Made by a program: the position numbers and the translations under genes. 64,000 bases of DNA from an uncultured Spirochaetota bacterium (GTDB lineage: Bacteria > Spirochaetota > Brevinematia > Brevinematales > JAOACQ01): assembly GCA_963835575.1 (NCBI GenBank), contig CAWIGG010000002.1, positions 1,024,001 to 1,088,000 of the forward strand. The letters are read 5' to 3'. Below are positions 37,234 to 48,806 of this stretch, piece after piece; the first letter of the stretch is position 1; every line of letters starts with the position of its first letter. The notes beneath the pieces are model-generated. The model was not told the DNA's origin. It saw nothing but the letters and a program-made list of their open reading frames with translations, and did no database searches.

Positions 37234-38073
37234 ATGAAAGGAGTGATTGTTGCCGCTGGATACGGAACACGATTTATGCCTCTTACAAAAACACTTCCCA
37301 AGGAAATGCTTCCATTGTTTGATAAACCCCTTATTGATTTTATATTGGATGAATTTGAAGAAGCGGGCATAAAGGATGTTATTATTATAACCAGCCGGAG
37401 GAAGAAAGTTTTAGAGGATTATCTTGATAGAGAAGTTGAATTGGAATCTGTTTTTGAGAAAGAGAAAAAATTACATTTATTAGAAAAAATCAGACCCAGA
37501 CAAATGAATTTTTATTTTGTCAGGCAGCAGGAAATGAAGGGTACAGGCCATGCCCTGCTTCTTGTCAGATCTCTCATACAGAATGACCCTTTTATGGTTG
37601 CTTATCCGGATGATATTGTATTAAGTAAACCAGGCTTAACAAAAATAATGTGTGATATTTACCGTAAAACCGGAAAAAATATACTCGCGGTCAGAGTAGA
37701 AAAAGAAAATGTCTCACGCTATGGTGTTGTCCAATGTAAAGATATAGAATCATATACTCAGATCACAAAAATAATAGAAAAACCCTCAAAAGAAGAAGCT
37801 CCCAGTAATTATGTGTCAATCGGCAGGTATTTACTTCTTCCCGAAATATTTGATTTATTAGAAGAAGGTTTTAAAAAGCATAAGCATGGAGAATACTATC
37901 ATATTGATTCCATTAATAGCCTGGCGGCCAAAGGAAAAGTATTAGCGCATGAAATTGATGGAATAATGCTGGATACAGGGGAACCGTACAGCTATCTTTT
38001 ATCATGGCTAACTTATATTCAAAAACATCCTGAAGGCTCTAAAATACTTCATTCTTTTTTAAAAAATTGTTGA
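37234..38073 (+). CDS. galU: UTP--glucose-1-phosphate uridylyltransferase
   Basis: AAGYGTRFMPLTKTLPKEMLP, KGTGHA, IIEKP, GRY. Confidence 0.93.
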   Translation: MKGVIVAAGYGTRFMPLTKTLPKEMLPLFDKPLIDFILDEFEEAGIKDVIIITSRRKKVLEDYLDREVELESVFEKEKKLHLLEKIRPRQMNFYFVRQQEMKGTGHALLLVRSLIQNDPFMVAYPDDIVLSKPGLTKIMCDIYRKTGKNILAVRVEKENVSRYGVVQCKDIESYTQITKIIEKPSKEEAPSNYVSIGRYLLLPEIFDLLEEGFKKHKHGEYYHIDSINSLAAKGKVLAHEIDGIMLDTGEPYSYLLSWLTYIQKHPEGSKILHSFLKNC

Positions 38074-38111
38074 AAATATTTTACTTGAATTCAATGATCT
38101 GATATTAAGAT

Positions 38112-39908
38112 CTAAAATCTTACACAAACAACGGCTTTAAATGATGATGAAGGGTCGAATTGAAGGCCTAAATAGACTTCCTCATTAAAAAGAGCATAAG
38201 CTGTCAATCCTAATGTGGCAATGGCGGAGATTACACCCCAGGTAGTCGAACTCTGATAAAGATTATCATAACCTTGTGCATATCCCCAATAATAATTATT
38301 CAAAGTGCTGTAATATAAATCATAGTAATATTCTCTTTGATAGTGGCTGTATATATTTAAACCAACAAACCAGAATGTTAAACCCCATCCTCCGAAAACG
38401 CTCCACCAGTAAATCTGACGGACCCACTTTGGATTTCCCTCATTTTGAGAAAATGAAGCATTAATTTGAAATGTTTGATTAGTATTATTTAAGGTAAATG
38501 TTTGATAATATGGGAAATAATTTGTTTCAGGAGAGATGATTTTAACTCTATGCTGAATATCAAGTGTCAAGTTTGTTGCGATGAATGGCGTCATACCGGC
38601 ATAATAGGAATCGATAAAAATCAGCGCATTTGTAGGTTCAGATTGGATATCAACTATTCCGCCGACTTTAAGCTGATCTATTGATTTAGAAATCTGATTA
38701 GTTTTATTTTCCAGGATATCCGCCTGAATAACTACCTGATGATAGCCCTGTTTTAAAAATGAAAAAAGATGTTTGCCGGCCGGTATTGAAGGATAGTAAA
38801 TCGGGCTTTTACCGATGAATATTCCGTCATAATAAATATTGGCATCTTCAGGCTGCGAAATAATTATAATATCGCCTGTTTCCCTGTTAAGAACTATTTT
38901 CCTGATAGGTTTGATGAAATCAAACATCTTTTCTGGAACCTTATCTTCTCTTGAGGTTATGTTCATATCAATACTATTTGTTTTATCTAAAAAATAAGAT
39001 GATTTCAAATTTATTTTTAATTGATTCGGCCCCATTCTTTTTTCAAGAAGTTGATAACTTCCTTTAATCGAACAGAAAAAATTTTGCTGTAAAGTATTAG
39101 TCATGATATTAGTTATTATATTATTGTTTGAAATAACAGCGTTTGTGAGAGAATTATTTGTATGTGAAATAGCTGGCAATATGTTACTATTAGATGATTG
39201 AATTCCAGTATCTGCATTAATAACGTCAACTGGTATATAGCATATAGTATTAGTTATATCAGGGAATTCATTTGTGATCAAATAGATATATTTCTCTTTT
39301 GTTAACTTAATGATATTTGTTTCTATCATATTTGATATATTTCTATTTGTTTCAACAATTAAATTTGTATTTGTCATTATCATAATTTCAAATTTGATAT
39401 TCTTTTTCTTTTTTAAATGAGGATTTAATGTTATTAAATTTGAATTAGTTATGAGTTGAATACTACTATTTGTAAGGATTTGCTCGCTGTATTGGGTTAT
39501 AGTTAAAGACATATTTGTAATATAATTTGAAAAAAAGGAATTAGATGCGGTTACAATATTTTCAATATTGGGTGTGACGCTGAAATCTAAGAGGGCCAAA
39601 GGAATATAAGCCGTTTCATTTTCCAGCGGTTTTAAATCATTGATAAGCATATTAGGAAGCGCATCAGTCAGATAATCCAGATCATGTTCCCCTGTTAAAT
39701 TGTTAAATGGATATATCTTTATAATATAATGATTTGAAAAAGAATTAATGATTGCAGATTTAAGGTTGTCTTTCTGTCTTGCCGCTTCTTCTTTTATAAT
39801 ACCGGATGTACAGGAAAAAAAAAGTATAAAGAAAAGAAAAAATGAATATTTCAAATTCAAATGAACCTCATTATTTTTAAAACTCTTATTGTGATATAGA
39901 TGAGACAT
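38112..39908 (-). CDS. PEGA-domain protein, probable lipoprotein, with a Thr-Asn-rich region
   Basis: FFSC lipobox-like motif; SQPEDANIYYDG..IGKSP and SEPTNALIFID....GMTP PEGA repeats. Confidence 0.8.
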   Translation of the reverse strand: MSHLYHNKSFKNNEVHLNLKYSFFLFFILFFSCTSGIIKEEAARQKDNLKSAIINSFSNHYIIKIYPFNNLTGEHDLDYLTDALPNMLINDLKPLENETAYIPLALLDFSVTPNIENIVTASNSFFSNYITNMSLTITQYSEQILTNSSIQLITNSNLITLNPHLKKKKNIKFEIMIMTNTNLIVETNRNISNMIETNIIKLTKEKYIYLITNEFPDITNTICYIPVDVINADTGIQSSNSNILPAISHTNNSLTNAVISNNNIITNIMTNTLQQNFFCSIKGSYQLLEKRMGPNQLKINLKSSYFLDKTNSIDMNITSREDKVPEKMFDFIKPIRKIVLNRETGDIIIISQPEDANIYYDGIFIGKSPIYYPSIPAGKHLFSFLKQGYHQVVIQADILENKTNQISKSIDQLKVGGIVDIQSEPTNALIFIDSYYAGMTPFIATNLTLDIQHRVKIISPETNYFPYYQTFTLNNTNQTFQINASFSQNEGNPKWVRQIYWWSVFGGWGLTFWFVGLNIYSHYQREYYYDLYYSTLNNYYWGYAQGYDNLYQSSTTWGVISAIATLGLTAYALFNEEVYLGLQFDPSSSFKAVVCVRF

Positions 39909-39947
39909 ATTATAAAGAGGAGATATTATTCCGTCAAAACTATCGCT

Positions 39948-42074
39948 TTAATCCCATTTTGTGATGTCCAGAAGCTCATATATTTTAATAGGTTCCTTAC
40001 CGCCTTTAATATAAATTGTATCCAATTCCCTTGTAATAGCCCATTCTTTGACTTTTTCATATGTAAATTGGCTTATAATAATATTGGTTTCATAAAATTT
40101 ATTCTCGTCCTGCAGATCTTCGGCAAGGTTCATATTATCTCCGATCGCGGTATAATTTCTCTTCTTTTCCGAGCCGATATTGCCCACTGTGATGCTGCCT
40201 GTATTTAAACCAATACCGATATTAATAGGCTTGTATCCTAATTTTGTCTGTTCCTCGTTAAAGACCTTCAAGGCTTCTATCATTTTAATGCCTGCCTGGC
40301 AGGCCTTTAAAGCATGATCTTCCAGATCAATGGGCGTACCCCAGAACGCCACAACAGCGTCTCCAATATATTTATCAAGCGTACCCTTAGTTTCCATGAT
40401 AATATCTGTCATTTTTGTCAGATAAATATTAAGAAAACTAATCAGCTCTTTCGGTGCCATTCCTTCTGAAAGGGTGGTAAATCCCCTGATATCTGAAAAA
40501 AGCACGGTTGCTTCCTTATCCTGCCCTCCCAGCTGAAGCATTTCCGGGTTCTTGACAAGTATATTGACAAGATCAGGACTGACATATTTTGAAAATGTTG
40601 ATTTAATGAATCTTTTTTCTGTTTCTTCAGTTAATAAAATATAAACCTCACCTAATATGAGGACCATTATGCTTGTTATAATTGGAATAAGGGTTATGAT
40701 TTGAATATTAAACTGGAATAATGCGAAACTCAGTATTATTGGGAATATAATTGACAAGATAAGAGCCGCGATAGTTGCTCTTGTGCCGCTGGATAATAAT
40801 AAACCGATGAGTAAAGTAAATAATATTGTATAACTGATATTCATCCAAAGAGGGATTTCTATAATAAAATCCCTGTTCATAATGGTTCCCAGGGAATAAC
40901 CGAGGTGTTCCACACTGTACATACTTCCCATTGGAGAAAGCCATTTATTGTCAGTTGCGCCAGGTATAATTACACCGATAAGAAAGATTGAGTTTTTTGG
41001 AACGCCCATGTTGAGAGCATATTTAACAGGGATAATTTTTATATAACCGGAGCTTGGGTTCGCTTTATAGTTTATTGAAAGTCGGTACTCATTATCAACA
41101 GGGATCTTGAAATCGATTCTCTCATTTTTATACAATGCGTTTTTAATAGTGATTAAACCTTTATTCAGAATGATATTACTGATGTCGGCATTGAGTAATT
41201 TCACTGCTGTGGCTAATATAACAGAAGGGTAATAAACATTTGTTAATTTAATAGTTCCGTTATCCTCAGTATAATATTTCATAGATAAAATCAGCGGATT
41301 TTTCCTGTATATTTCCTCTCCCGGTTCATTTGGTTCAATATTTACAGCGCCTGCGAAGGTTAAATTTTCAGAAATCTCTTTCATAATGGATTTTATTTTA
41401 AAATACGGTTTTAACTGCCCCAGATCGCCTTTTATATTCAATTCAAATTTCCGCAGTGCGGCCGCTTCAGGCGAATTATATGACAGTCCTTCATCTAAAA
41501 CGATTTGCCTGTTTTTACCTTTTATCTCTTGAGATTGAATATTTTTATTAAGATTCAGGCCTTGAATGTCATAAAGCATAAAATCATCGCCTACAATGCG
41601 TTTATACTTTTTTAGAGATTGAATGAGCGCTTTATCGCTTTCTTTCCGGGGGCTTGGTTTATCAAAGAAAATATCAAACAGCATCAAACTTGGAGCATAA
41701 CTTCTCTGGCGTGGAATATCTTTTAAAGAGTTGTAATAGTCCAGCATTTTAGCCCATACGTTTCTATCCAGAGGGTAGGTGTTATAATACAAAATAGATT
41801 CGTTATCTACTGATATGACTAGCATATTTGTATAAATTCCGGCAACGTTTTTTCTGAATGTCAGCTTGCCGCCTATGGCTAAAGAACCTGATTGAAAGGC
41901 TTTAGAAATAAAACGCCAGTTTAAGGATGAGTTTTCAATACCGCTCAGGAATTTCCTGGCTGCGGGGATATTATATTGTGAAGGCAATTGATACATACCG
42001 AGAATTAAAACCAGCACTCCTATGGAAATCAATACTATGATAAAAAATTTATTCGCTTTTCGTTTTTGTTTCAT
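39948..42074 (-). CDS. CHASE2 membrane class III adenylate cyclase, subunit retaining both metal-binding Asp but lacking the catalytic Arg
   Basis: FDIFF CHASE2 motif, three TM; FSDIRGFT, DKYIGD, YTAIGDNMNLAEDL. Confidence 0.92.
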   Translation of the reverse strand: MKQKRKANKFFIIVLISIGVLVLILGMYQLPSQYNIPAARKFLSGIENSSLNWRFISKAFQSGSLAIGGKLTFRKNVAGIYTNMLVISVDNESILYYNTYPLDRNVWAKMLDYYNSLKDIPRQRSYAPSLMLFDIFFDKPSPRKESDKALIQSLKKYKRIVGDDFMLYDIQGLNLNKNIQSQEIKGKNRQIVLDEGLSYNSPEAAALRKFELNIKGDLGQLKPYFKIKSIMKEISENLTFAGAVNIEPNEPGEEIYRKNPLILSMKYYTEDNGTIKLTNVYYPSVILATAVKLLNADISNIILNKGLITIKNALYKNERIDFKIPVDNEYRLSINYKANPSSGYIKIIPVKYALNMGVPKNSIFLIGVIIPGATDNKWLSPMGSMYSVEHLGYSLGTIMNRDFIIEIPLWMNISYTILFTLLIGLLLSSGTRATIAALILSIIFPIILSFALFQFNIQIITLIPIITSIMVLILGEVYILLTEETEKRFIKSTFSKYVSPDLVNILVKNPEMLQLGGQDKEATVLFSDIRGFTTLSEGMAPKELISFLNIYLTKMTDIIMETKGTLDKYIGDAVVAFWGTPIDLEDHALKACQAGIKMIEALKVFNEEQTKLGYKPINIGIGLNTGSITVGNIGSEKKRNYTAIGDNMNLAEDLQDENKFYETNIIISQFTYEKVKEWAITRELDTIYIKGGKEPIKIYELLDITKWD

Positions 42075-42092
42075 AGCTCCCCCTCATGATAA

Positions 42093-44165
42093 TTATTTGT
42101 TAAGGTCTAATAACTCATAAATTCTTACAGGTTTTAATTTTCCTTTTACACGGGTTAAATCCAATTCTCTTGCAATGATTTGAACCTTTATCTTTTCAAA
42201 ACAATATTCGCTGATGATTATTTCGGTGTGATAAAACTTATTCAAACCTTTTAGCCGGGATGCCAGATTGACTGAATCTCCTATGGCCGTATAATTTTTT
42301 TGACGTTCAGAGCCGACATTACCCACAATAATATTTCCTGTATTGATGCCAATATTGACAATAATAGGTTTATGCCCTTTTGACGACTGTTCTTCATTAA
42401 ATTCCCTGACTGCCTTTATCATTTTTATTCCTGCTTCACACGCCTTTAAAGCATGATCTGAAATATCGATTGGGGCTCCCCAGAATGCCATAACGGAATC
42501 TCCTATGTATTTATCCAAAGTTCCGCTGGATTCCATAACAATATCAGCCATTCTTGAAAAATAATTATTGAGGAATTCAATCAGCTCCTTGGGGTTCATT
42601 TTTTCTGAGATATCAGCAAGATTTTTTATAGCTGAGAAAAGAACGGTTACTTCCTTATCCTCACCTCCCAGCTGAATTTTGTCGGGATTTTGTATGAGAA
42701 TATCCACCAGCTTCGGATTAAGATAACTGGAAAAAGTTGATTTAATAAAAATTTTATCCTTTTCTTCGGTAAAAAGCATAAATATTTGAACAGATATCAG
42801 GGCCAAAAGACTGCTTAAAATTGGAATAAAAGTAATGATGATGATATTAAACTGGAAAAGTATAATTCCAATTAAAAGAGGAAGAAGTATTGAAAAAGCA
42901 GCGGCCAATGCGACAAAACGGGAACCGCGGGATGTAATAAAGCCTACCAGGAGAGTGAGCAGCAGAATTTCAATAATATTAATCCATTCCGGTGTATTAT
43001 TTATGAAATCCCTGTTTAGGATCGTTCCCAGCGCATAACCGATGTGTTCGACGCCGTACATATCACCCAAGGGAGATAACCAGATATCCTGAGAGCCTTT
43101 TTTTGAATACATGCCTATAAAAACAAGGCTGTTTTTCGGAAGTTTAGCCGTTGTAATATCCTTAAAAGATATTTTATGAATATATCCGCTTCCGGGCCTA
43201 GATTTATAATTGATATTGACCAGCCAATTCTCATCAACGGGAATATTAAAATCTGATATCCTGCCGTTATAACTGGCATTTTTTATTATTATATTGCCCG
43301 GTTCGGTAATAATATTTGTAATATCAGATTTTAATTGCGAAAGGATCATACTCAAAATAATTGAAGGATAATATATATTTGTCAGAATGTAAGAATTGTC
43401 GGGCTGTTCAATTTTATAATAAACAGGAAGAATAAGCGGCATTAAACGGTACGTGTTTTCTTTGGATAAGATATTGGCAGTTCCTATAAAATCGAGATAT
43501 TCAGGAAGTTCTTTCATAAGAGGAGCAACTTTTGGGAAAAATCTCATAGATGAAAATTTAATGTTATTTGCCAATTTGATTTCAATTTTCTTAAGAGCCT
43601 GGACTCTGGAAGAATTATAATCCAGAGCCTGCTCTATGATTTTAATCTTTCTCGCTTCTATAATATTTTGCTCTTCCCCGGTTAATTCATTAATATTCTG
43701 ACCTTCTATATTTTCAAGAATGATATCTTCGCCTAAAATGCCTTTATAATTTTTAAAAGAATTTATTAAAGCCTTGTCGCTTTTCGGATTCTGGCTCGGG
43801 TCGCTGAATACTATATCAAAAAATACCAGAGACGGCTTATTTGGGAAAGTATTAAAATGATTCAGCGCAGAAGCCCAGACTTTTCTATCAAAAGGAAATG
43901 TTCCGAACGATTCAATTGCATCATCATCTATACCTGCGATGATAATCTTATTATATATATCGTTCTTTTTTATTTTTAAAATGGTTTCATCAATATATGC
44001 TTTAGTGGCAAACCGCCAATTGACCGAGTTATTTTCAAAACCCTGAAAGATTCTCATACTCGGTACATAATAATAGAGCCCGGAAATAAGACAAAATACC
44101 AATAATGATAAGAGCAAAACAATTATATATTTGTTTATTCTTTTTTTTACTTTAATTTCCCCCAT
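42093..44165 (-). CDS. CHASE2 membrane class III adenylate cyclase, subunit lacking the first metal Asp but retaining Asn/Arg
   Basis: IDD, FPFDR, FFDIVF CHASE2 motifs; [32 protein letters not shown]. Confidence 0.92.
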   Translation of the reverse strand: MGEIKVKKRINKYIIVLLLSLLVFCLISGLYYYVPSMRIFQGFENNSVNWRFATKAYIDETILKIKKNDIYNKIIIAGIDDDAIESFGTFPFDRKVWASALNHFNTFPNKPSLVFFDIVFSDPSQNPKSDKALINSFKNYKGILGEDIILENIEGQNINELTGEEQNIIEARKIKIIEQALDYNSSRVQALKKIEIKLANNIKFSSMRFFPKVAPLMKELPEYLDFIGTANILSKENTYRLMPLILPVYYKIEQPDNSYILTNIYYPSIILSMILSQLKSDITNIITEPGNIIIKNASYNGRISDFNIPVDENWLVNINYKSRPGSGYIHKISFKDITTAKLPKNSLVFIGMYSKKGSQDIWLSPLGDMYGVEHIGYALGTILNRDFINNTPEWINIIEILLLTLLVGFITSRGSRFVALAAAFSILLPLLIGIILFQFNIIIITFIPILSSLLALISVQIFMLFTEEKDKIFIKSTFSSYLNPKLVDILIQNPDKIQLGGEDKEVTVLFSAIKNLADISEKMNPKELIEFLNNYFSRMADIVMESSGTLDKYIGDSVMAFWGAPIDISDHALKACEAGIKMIKAVREFNEEQSSKGHKPIIVNIGINTGNIIVGNVGSERQKNYTAIGDSVNLASRLKGLNKFYHTEIIISEYCFEKIKVQIIARELDLTRVKGKLKPVRIYELLDLNK

Positions 44166-46380
44166 AATTTTCCCTCCCATCATTTCGTAATTTAAAGATT
44201 AGACCACCCAGGGGCGGTAAAGTGATGTTGAGTGAATAAAGTTTACCATTCCAGGGAACTTCATCTGCTGTAACGCCTCCGTTATTGCCCATATTACTTC
44301 CGCCGTACTTTTCGGAATCAGAATTGAAAATTTCAGAATAATAACCAGGTTGTATTGTGCCGACTTTATAATTGCAATGCGGGGTAGGCGTAAGATTGTG
44401 AACTACTACGACAAAATCCCCGTTTTTTGCCCTTCTGATATAGCTGATAATGCTGTTGTCGGAATCATAAAAATCGATCCATTCAAATCCATTCGGATTA
44501 AAATCGACTTCGTAGAGCGCAGGCTCATTTTTGTAAAGATAATTCAAATCGGAGACAAGGTTCTGTATTTTGTAGTGAGACTCATATTGAGTCAGGTGCC
44601 AATCGATGCTTTTACTTTCACTCCATTCATCCCACTGGGCAAATTCCTGGCCCATAAAGAGAAGTTTTTTCCCGGGATGAGTTGTCATATAAGTATAAAG
44701 AAGTCTTAAATTAGCGAATTTCTGCCAATCATCGCCCGGCATTTTGCTTAAAAGGGAGGCTTTGCCATGGACGACTTCATCATGCGAAAGGACAAGAATA
44801 AAATTCTCGCTGTAGGCATAAATCATGGAAAATGTCAGAGTGCCCTGATGATATTTCCGGTATATCGGATCTTTACTGAAATAGACCAGAGTATCATGCA
44901 TCCATCCCATGTTCCATTTAAATTCAAATCCCAGTCCGCCGACATACGTCGGTCTCGATACGCCTCCGAAGGCCGTTGATTCCTCTGCGATTGTCGTAGT
45001 TCCTGGAAACTTACTGAAAACCAGTTCATTCATCTTTTTCAGGAAATCAATAGCTTCCAGGTTTTCCCTGCCGCCGTACTGATTCGGTATCCATTCACCT
45101 TCCTTCCTGCTGTAATCAAGATAGATCATTGAAGCGACGGCATCCACTCTTAAACCGTCAATATGGTACTTTGAGAGCCAGAATAATGCGTTTGAGATTA
45201 GAAAATTTTTAACTTCATTGCGCCCGAAATTGAAAATCTTAGTTCCCCAGTCCATATGTTCGCCCTTTCTGGAATCAAAATGCTCATAAAGAGCCGTGCC
45301 GTCAAAATAACACAAGCCATGAGCGTCTTTTGGGAAATGGCCGGGTACCCAGTCAATGATAACGCCGATATCATTTTGATGGAGCGTATCAATAAAAAAC
45401 ATAAAATCTTCCGGTGTACCGAAGCGGCTGGTCGGGGCAAAGTATCCTGTGACCTGATAACCCCAGGAGCCGTCAAAAGGATGCTCCGCTATAGGCATCA
45501 ATTCAATATGTGTATAATTCATCTTCTTTAAATATTCGGTAAGTTTTAAAGCGGACTCTCTGTAATTCAGATAACGGTTATTTTCTTCCGCTATGCGCAT
45601 CCAGGACCCGAGATGAACTTCATAAATTGACATTGGTTTTTCCAGGTTCCGGCATCGGCTTCTTTTGTTAAGCCAATTTTCGTCGTTCCATTGATATTTA
45701 TTGATATTCCAGACAATAGAGCCTGTTTTCGGCCGCATTTCCGCATAAAATCCGTAAGGGTCCGCTTTTTCCATTAAATGGTTATCCTGTGTTTTAATGG
45801 TATATTTGTAAATATCGCCTTCTGACAGGCCGGGTATGAATATTTCCCATATTCCCGAATGTCCTAAAACACGCATTTGATGCCGACGGTTGTCCCATCC
45901 ATTGAAGTCTCCCATCACACTGACAGCTTTTGCATTAGGAGCCCAGACAGCAAATTGCACGCCTTTAATGCCGTTGATTTCCATTATATGAGCGCCTAAT
46001 TTTTCATAGGCTTCCTGATGGCTTCCCTCATTAAAAAGATGTCTGTCTAAATCAGAAATAACAGGCAGAAAAGAATAGGGGTCATGAATTTGATGAACAA
46101 AGCCGTTGTCGTACTCGATTTTTAATTCATAAGGTAAGAATTTACCATTTTGTTTATTGATATATTCAAAGAAACCATCATTATGTATTTTGTTCATTTT
46201 TACAGCTTGATTATCTTCAAGATTTATAATCCAGGCCTGTTTTGCAGAAGGTATAAAAGCAAGGATAGAACCGCATTGTTTTCCATCGACAATAACAGTG
46301 TGAAAACCGAGGATCTCGAATGGGTCATAATGCTCAAAATTAATTATTTTATTGAGCTTTGCATCTGAAACATACTGCAT
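44152..46380 (-). CDS. glgB: 1,4-alpha-glucan branching enzyme
   Basis: [51 protein letters not shown]. Confidence 0.97.
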   Translation of the reverse strand: MQYVSDAKLNKIINFEHYDPFEILGFHTVIVDGKQCGSILAFIPSAKQAWIINLEDNQAVKMNKIHNDGFFEYINKQNGKFLPYELKIEYDNGFVHQIHDPYSFLPVISDLDRHLFNEGSHQEAYEKLGAHIMEINGIKGVQFAVWAPNAKAVSVMGDFNGWDNRRHQMRVLGHSGIWEIFIPGLSEGDIYKYTIKTQDNHLMEKADPYGFYAEMRPKTGSIVWNINKYQWNDENWLNKRSRCRNLEKPMSIYEVHLGSWMRIAEENNRYLNYRESALKLTEYLKKMNYTHIELMPIAEHPFDGSWGYQVTGYFAPTSRFGTPEDFMFFIDTLHQNDIGVIIDWVPGHFPKDAHGLCYFDGTALYEHFDSRKGEHMDWGTKIFNFGRNEVKNFLISNALFWLSKYHIDGLRVDAVASMIYLDYSRKEGEWIPNQYGGRENLEAIDFLKKMNELVFSKFPGTTTIAEESTAFGGVSRPTYVGGLGFEFKWNMGWMHDTLVYFSKDPIYRKYHQGTLTFSMIYAYSENFILVLSHDEVVHGKASLLSKMPGDDWQKFANLRLLYTYMTTHPGKKLLFMGQEFAQWDEWSESKSIDWHLTQYESHYKIQNLVSDLNYLYKNEPALYEVDFNPNGFEWIDFYDSDNSIISYIRRAKNGDFVVVVHNLTPTPHCNYKVGTIQPGYYSEIFNSDSEKYGGSNMGNNGGVTADEVPWNGKLYSLNITLPPLGGLIFKLRNDGRENYGGN

Positions 46381-46624
46381 ATTAATATCCCTAGAAAAAT
46401 TTTAGGAATTTTTATAAAAATATTCTTCCTGACCTGTTTAAGTTATATGATATCAGAAAAGAAAAAATATGCAAGAGGATTTTTATTTACATTATAATTT
46501 AACTCTATTAAAAAGATTTATATTCAAGATTTCTCTCTTACAGAAAAGAATAATTTAAAAGTTGCGTGAAATAGAATAAGATAGTATCATATTTCCATTA
46601 AAATGACAGTGAAGAGGATCAATA

Positions 46625-47485
46625 ATGCCTATTAAATTAATGCATCAAATGAATAATCTTTGTATTGCCGAGTTTGAAAATGTTATATCATTCTGGAATA
46701 TGCTTAAATACCTGGTTGAAACACCTTATTTAAAACATTATATCATTGAAAACTATGAGGGCGGTAATACTCTGGTCAGCAGGGATGCCTGGGAAGAAGA
46801 AGGGGTTATGTTCAAAGAAATTTCTCCAGGCACTTATTTCTTCCCTTATGATTCGGTCGGTTTTATTCTGGATGACAGTATTCATAATATTAATTTGATT
46901 ATATTAGACCATTATTCACAGGGTTTTGATTATAAAAATGAAAACGATCTGATGGTTTCAGTTAAAAATACAGATAATGTTATAATGACAGTGCCAAATA
47001 ATCAGGTCAGTAAATTAATAGCGCTTTATCTGCTTTCATATATGAAAATCGGTTTCGACAGAAATTTAATGATTTCTCTTGCAAATCTGATTGAATCGCT
47101 GTCAATTGATAAAATAAAGCAGATAGAATATGTCAAATCGAGTTTCATTATTAAATTAAAGGGCATCGATTTTATCATAAAAATAACATCAGATGATGAA
47201 ATGTTTTCATTTTATAAAATCAATTATTACAACAACAGATGCAAAAAGGAATTTGTAAAGGAAGATAAAGTTAAATCCATTGGTTATTTGAAAAAAAAAA
47301 TAATAAAAAAAAATAAATACTTTACGATAGGGTATTACCTGCTGATTGCCGCGGTATTTACAGCGATACTGATATATAATAAAAAAATCTTCTTTTTTCT
47401 CTTAATCGGCCTTGTGCTTTTTTTAATAATCACTTTTATTATAAAAAAAAATGCTTACCGCTTCTTTTCAAAGGAAGGTAAATAG
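46625..47485 (+). CDS. Hypothetical protein with two C-terminal TM helices
   Basis: 286-aa ORF with GAGG RBS; hydrophobic C-terminus. Confidence 0.65.
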   Translation: MPIKLMHQMNNLCIAEFENVISFWNMLKYLVETPYLKHYIIENYEGGNTLVSRDAWEEEGVMFKEISPGTYFFPYDSVGFILDDSIHNINLIILDHYSQGFDYKNENDLMVSVKNTDNVIMTVPNNQVSKLIALYLLSYMKIGFDRNLMISLANLIESLSIDKIKQIEYVKSSFIIKLKGIDFIIKITSDDEMFSFYKINYYNNRCKKEFVKEDKVKSIGYLKKKIIKKNKYFTIGYYLLIAAVFTAILIYNKKIFFFLLIGLVLFLIITFIIKKNAYRFFSKEGK

Positions 47486-47492
47486 CCCGTCC

Positions 47493-48218
47493 TTATTTAA
47501 TCTTTAAGATTTTATGCACCTGCGGGATGATCCTTACATCCATTTTTCCCTTCTCTGCTAATGAATTGATAAAATCAGTGTTATTTCCAATAGTTATTTT
47601 TCCTTTTTGAGTCAAAGGCTGGTAAATAAGGACAGTACCGGGATTGTTTTTATGAACCTGTAAGGCTGTTTCATACGCTTCTTCCAGTTCCTTTTTTGAA
47701 GAAAGAGGGGAAAATACACATTTTAAAATGATGTTTTTTCCGTTTGATATATTTTTTAAGAATTTTTTATGCTCTTTGTGAATACGGAGCCCGGATGTAC
47801 TGTAAATTTTTATATCAATAGACCAGTAATCGGTATTTTGAATGAGTTTTTTTGAAAGACTATTGGGAAGCGTTCCGTTTGTTTCTACAAGGATCTTTTT
47901 ATTTTTAAGAAATATAAGAGATTCTTCAATAAAATCAGAGAAGAGAAGAGGTTCCCCTCCCGTAAATGTCAGATAATTAAAATTAAAAGAAGATAAAATT
48001 TTCTGAAACTGCTTAATAGTGATTGGATTATTATATCTTTTTTTGCTGTTTCCGGCTGAGACCGTACAAATTTTGTTCGGTTTAACCGACCATTTTGTGT
48101 CGCAATATGTACATGATAAATTACAGCCGCCGAAACGTACAAATAAAAACGGTTTTCCTAATAAGGGGCCTTCACCCTGAAGAGAGTAGAATATCTCAGA
48201 AATATTCGCGCATTTCAT
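47493..48218 (-). CDS. queE: 7-carboxy-7-deazaguanine synthase (radical SAM)
   Basis: [40 protein letters not shown]. Confidence 0.92.
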   Translation of the reverse strand: MKCANISEIFYSLQGEGPLLGKPFLFVRFGGCNLSCTYCDTKWSVKPNKICTVSAGNSKKRYNNPITIKQFQKILSSFNFNYLTFTGGEPLLFSDFIEESLIFLKNKKILVETNGTLPNSLSKKLIQNTDYWSIDIKIYSTSGLRIHKEHKKFLKNISNGKNIILKCVFSPLSSKKELEEAYETALQVHKNNPGTVLIYQPLTQKGKITIGNNTDFINSLAEKGKMDVRIIPQVHKILKIK

Positions 48219-48796
48219 ATTTCACTATCAAAAAGCAAGTTTTTAAGCCAGGCAATAGCTTCCCGTATATTCGTAAAAGTTTCTTCCATAAAATTTATCT
48301 TATTCGGCTCGGAAGCAATATAATGCACATTTGTAAGATTCATTTTATGCGCAATAAAACTGATCCTCGGAATATGATATTTCTGGCTGATAAAAACCGC
48401 GCTATCTGAAATATTATTATTGATCATGTATTTCTTTACATTTTTTATTGTTATGAATGTAGTTTCTCCTTTATCATCCACAATAATATTGCTGAGAGGA
48501 ACATTGTTTTTTAATAGGTAGTTTTTCATAACAAAGGCCTCAGGCGATTGCCCGCTTACAAATATATTCTTGATTTTTTGTGTATGATAGAGTTCAATTG
48601 ATTTATCCAGACGGAATTTCAATGCCAGGCTCGGATCACTTGATTTTGTAATTCCGGCGCCGAATACAACTCCTAAATTGCTGTAACCGTCCGTGTCATA
48701 AGATACAGGGTAGAAGGCAATAAATACCCTGAGAAAAATCAATAATATAATGAATAATGATATTAAAACTATGATAAATTTTTTAAAGAATTTCAT
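48215..48796 (-). CDS. YdcF/SanA (DUF218) family protein
   Basis: VVFGAG, RLD, VSG, EAFVMK, QKYHIPR, RE. Confidence 0.85.
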   Translation of the reverse strand: MKFFKKFIIVLISLFIILLIFLRVFIAFYPVSYDTDGYSNLGVVFGAGITKSSDPSLALKFRLDKSIELYHTQKIKNIFVSGQSPEAFVMKNYLLKNNVPLSNIIVDDKGETTFITIKNVKKYMINNNISDSAVFISQKYHIPRISFIAHKMNLTNVHYIASEPNKINFMEETFTNIREAIAWLKNLLFDSEI

Positions 48797-48806
48797 GGCC
48801 CATCCG

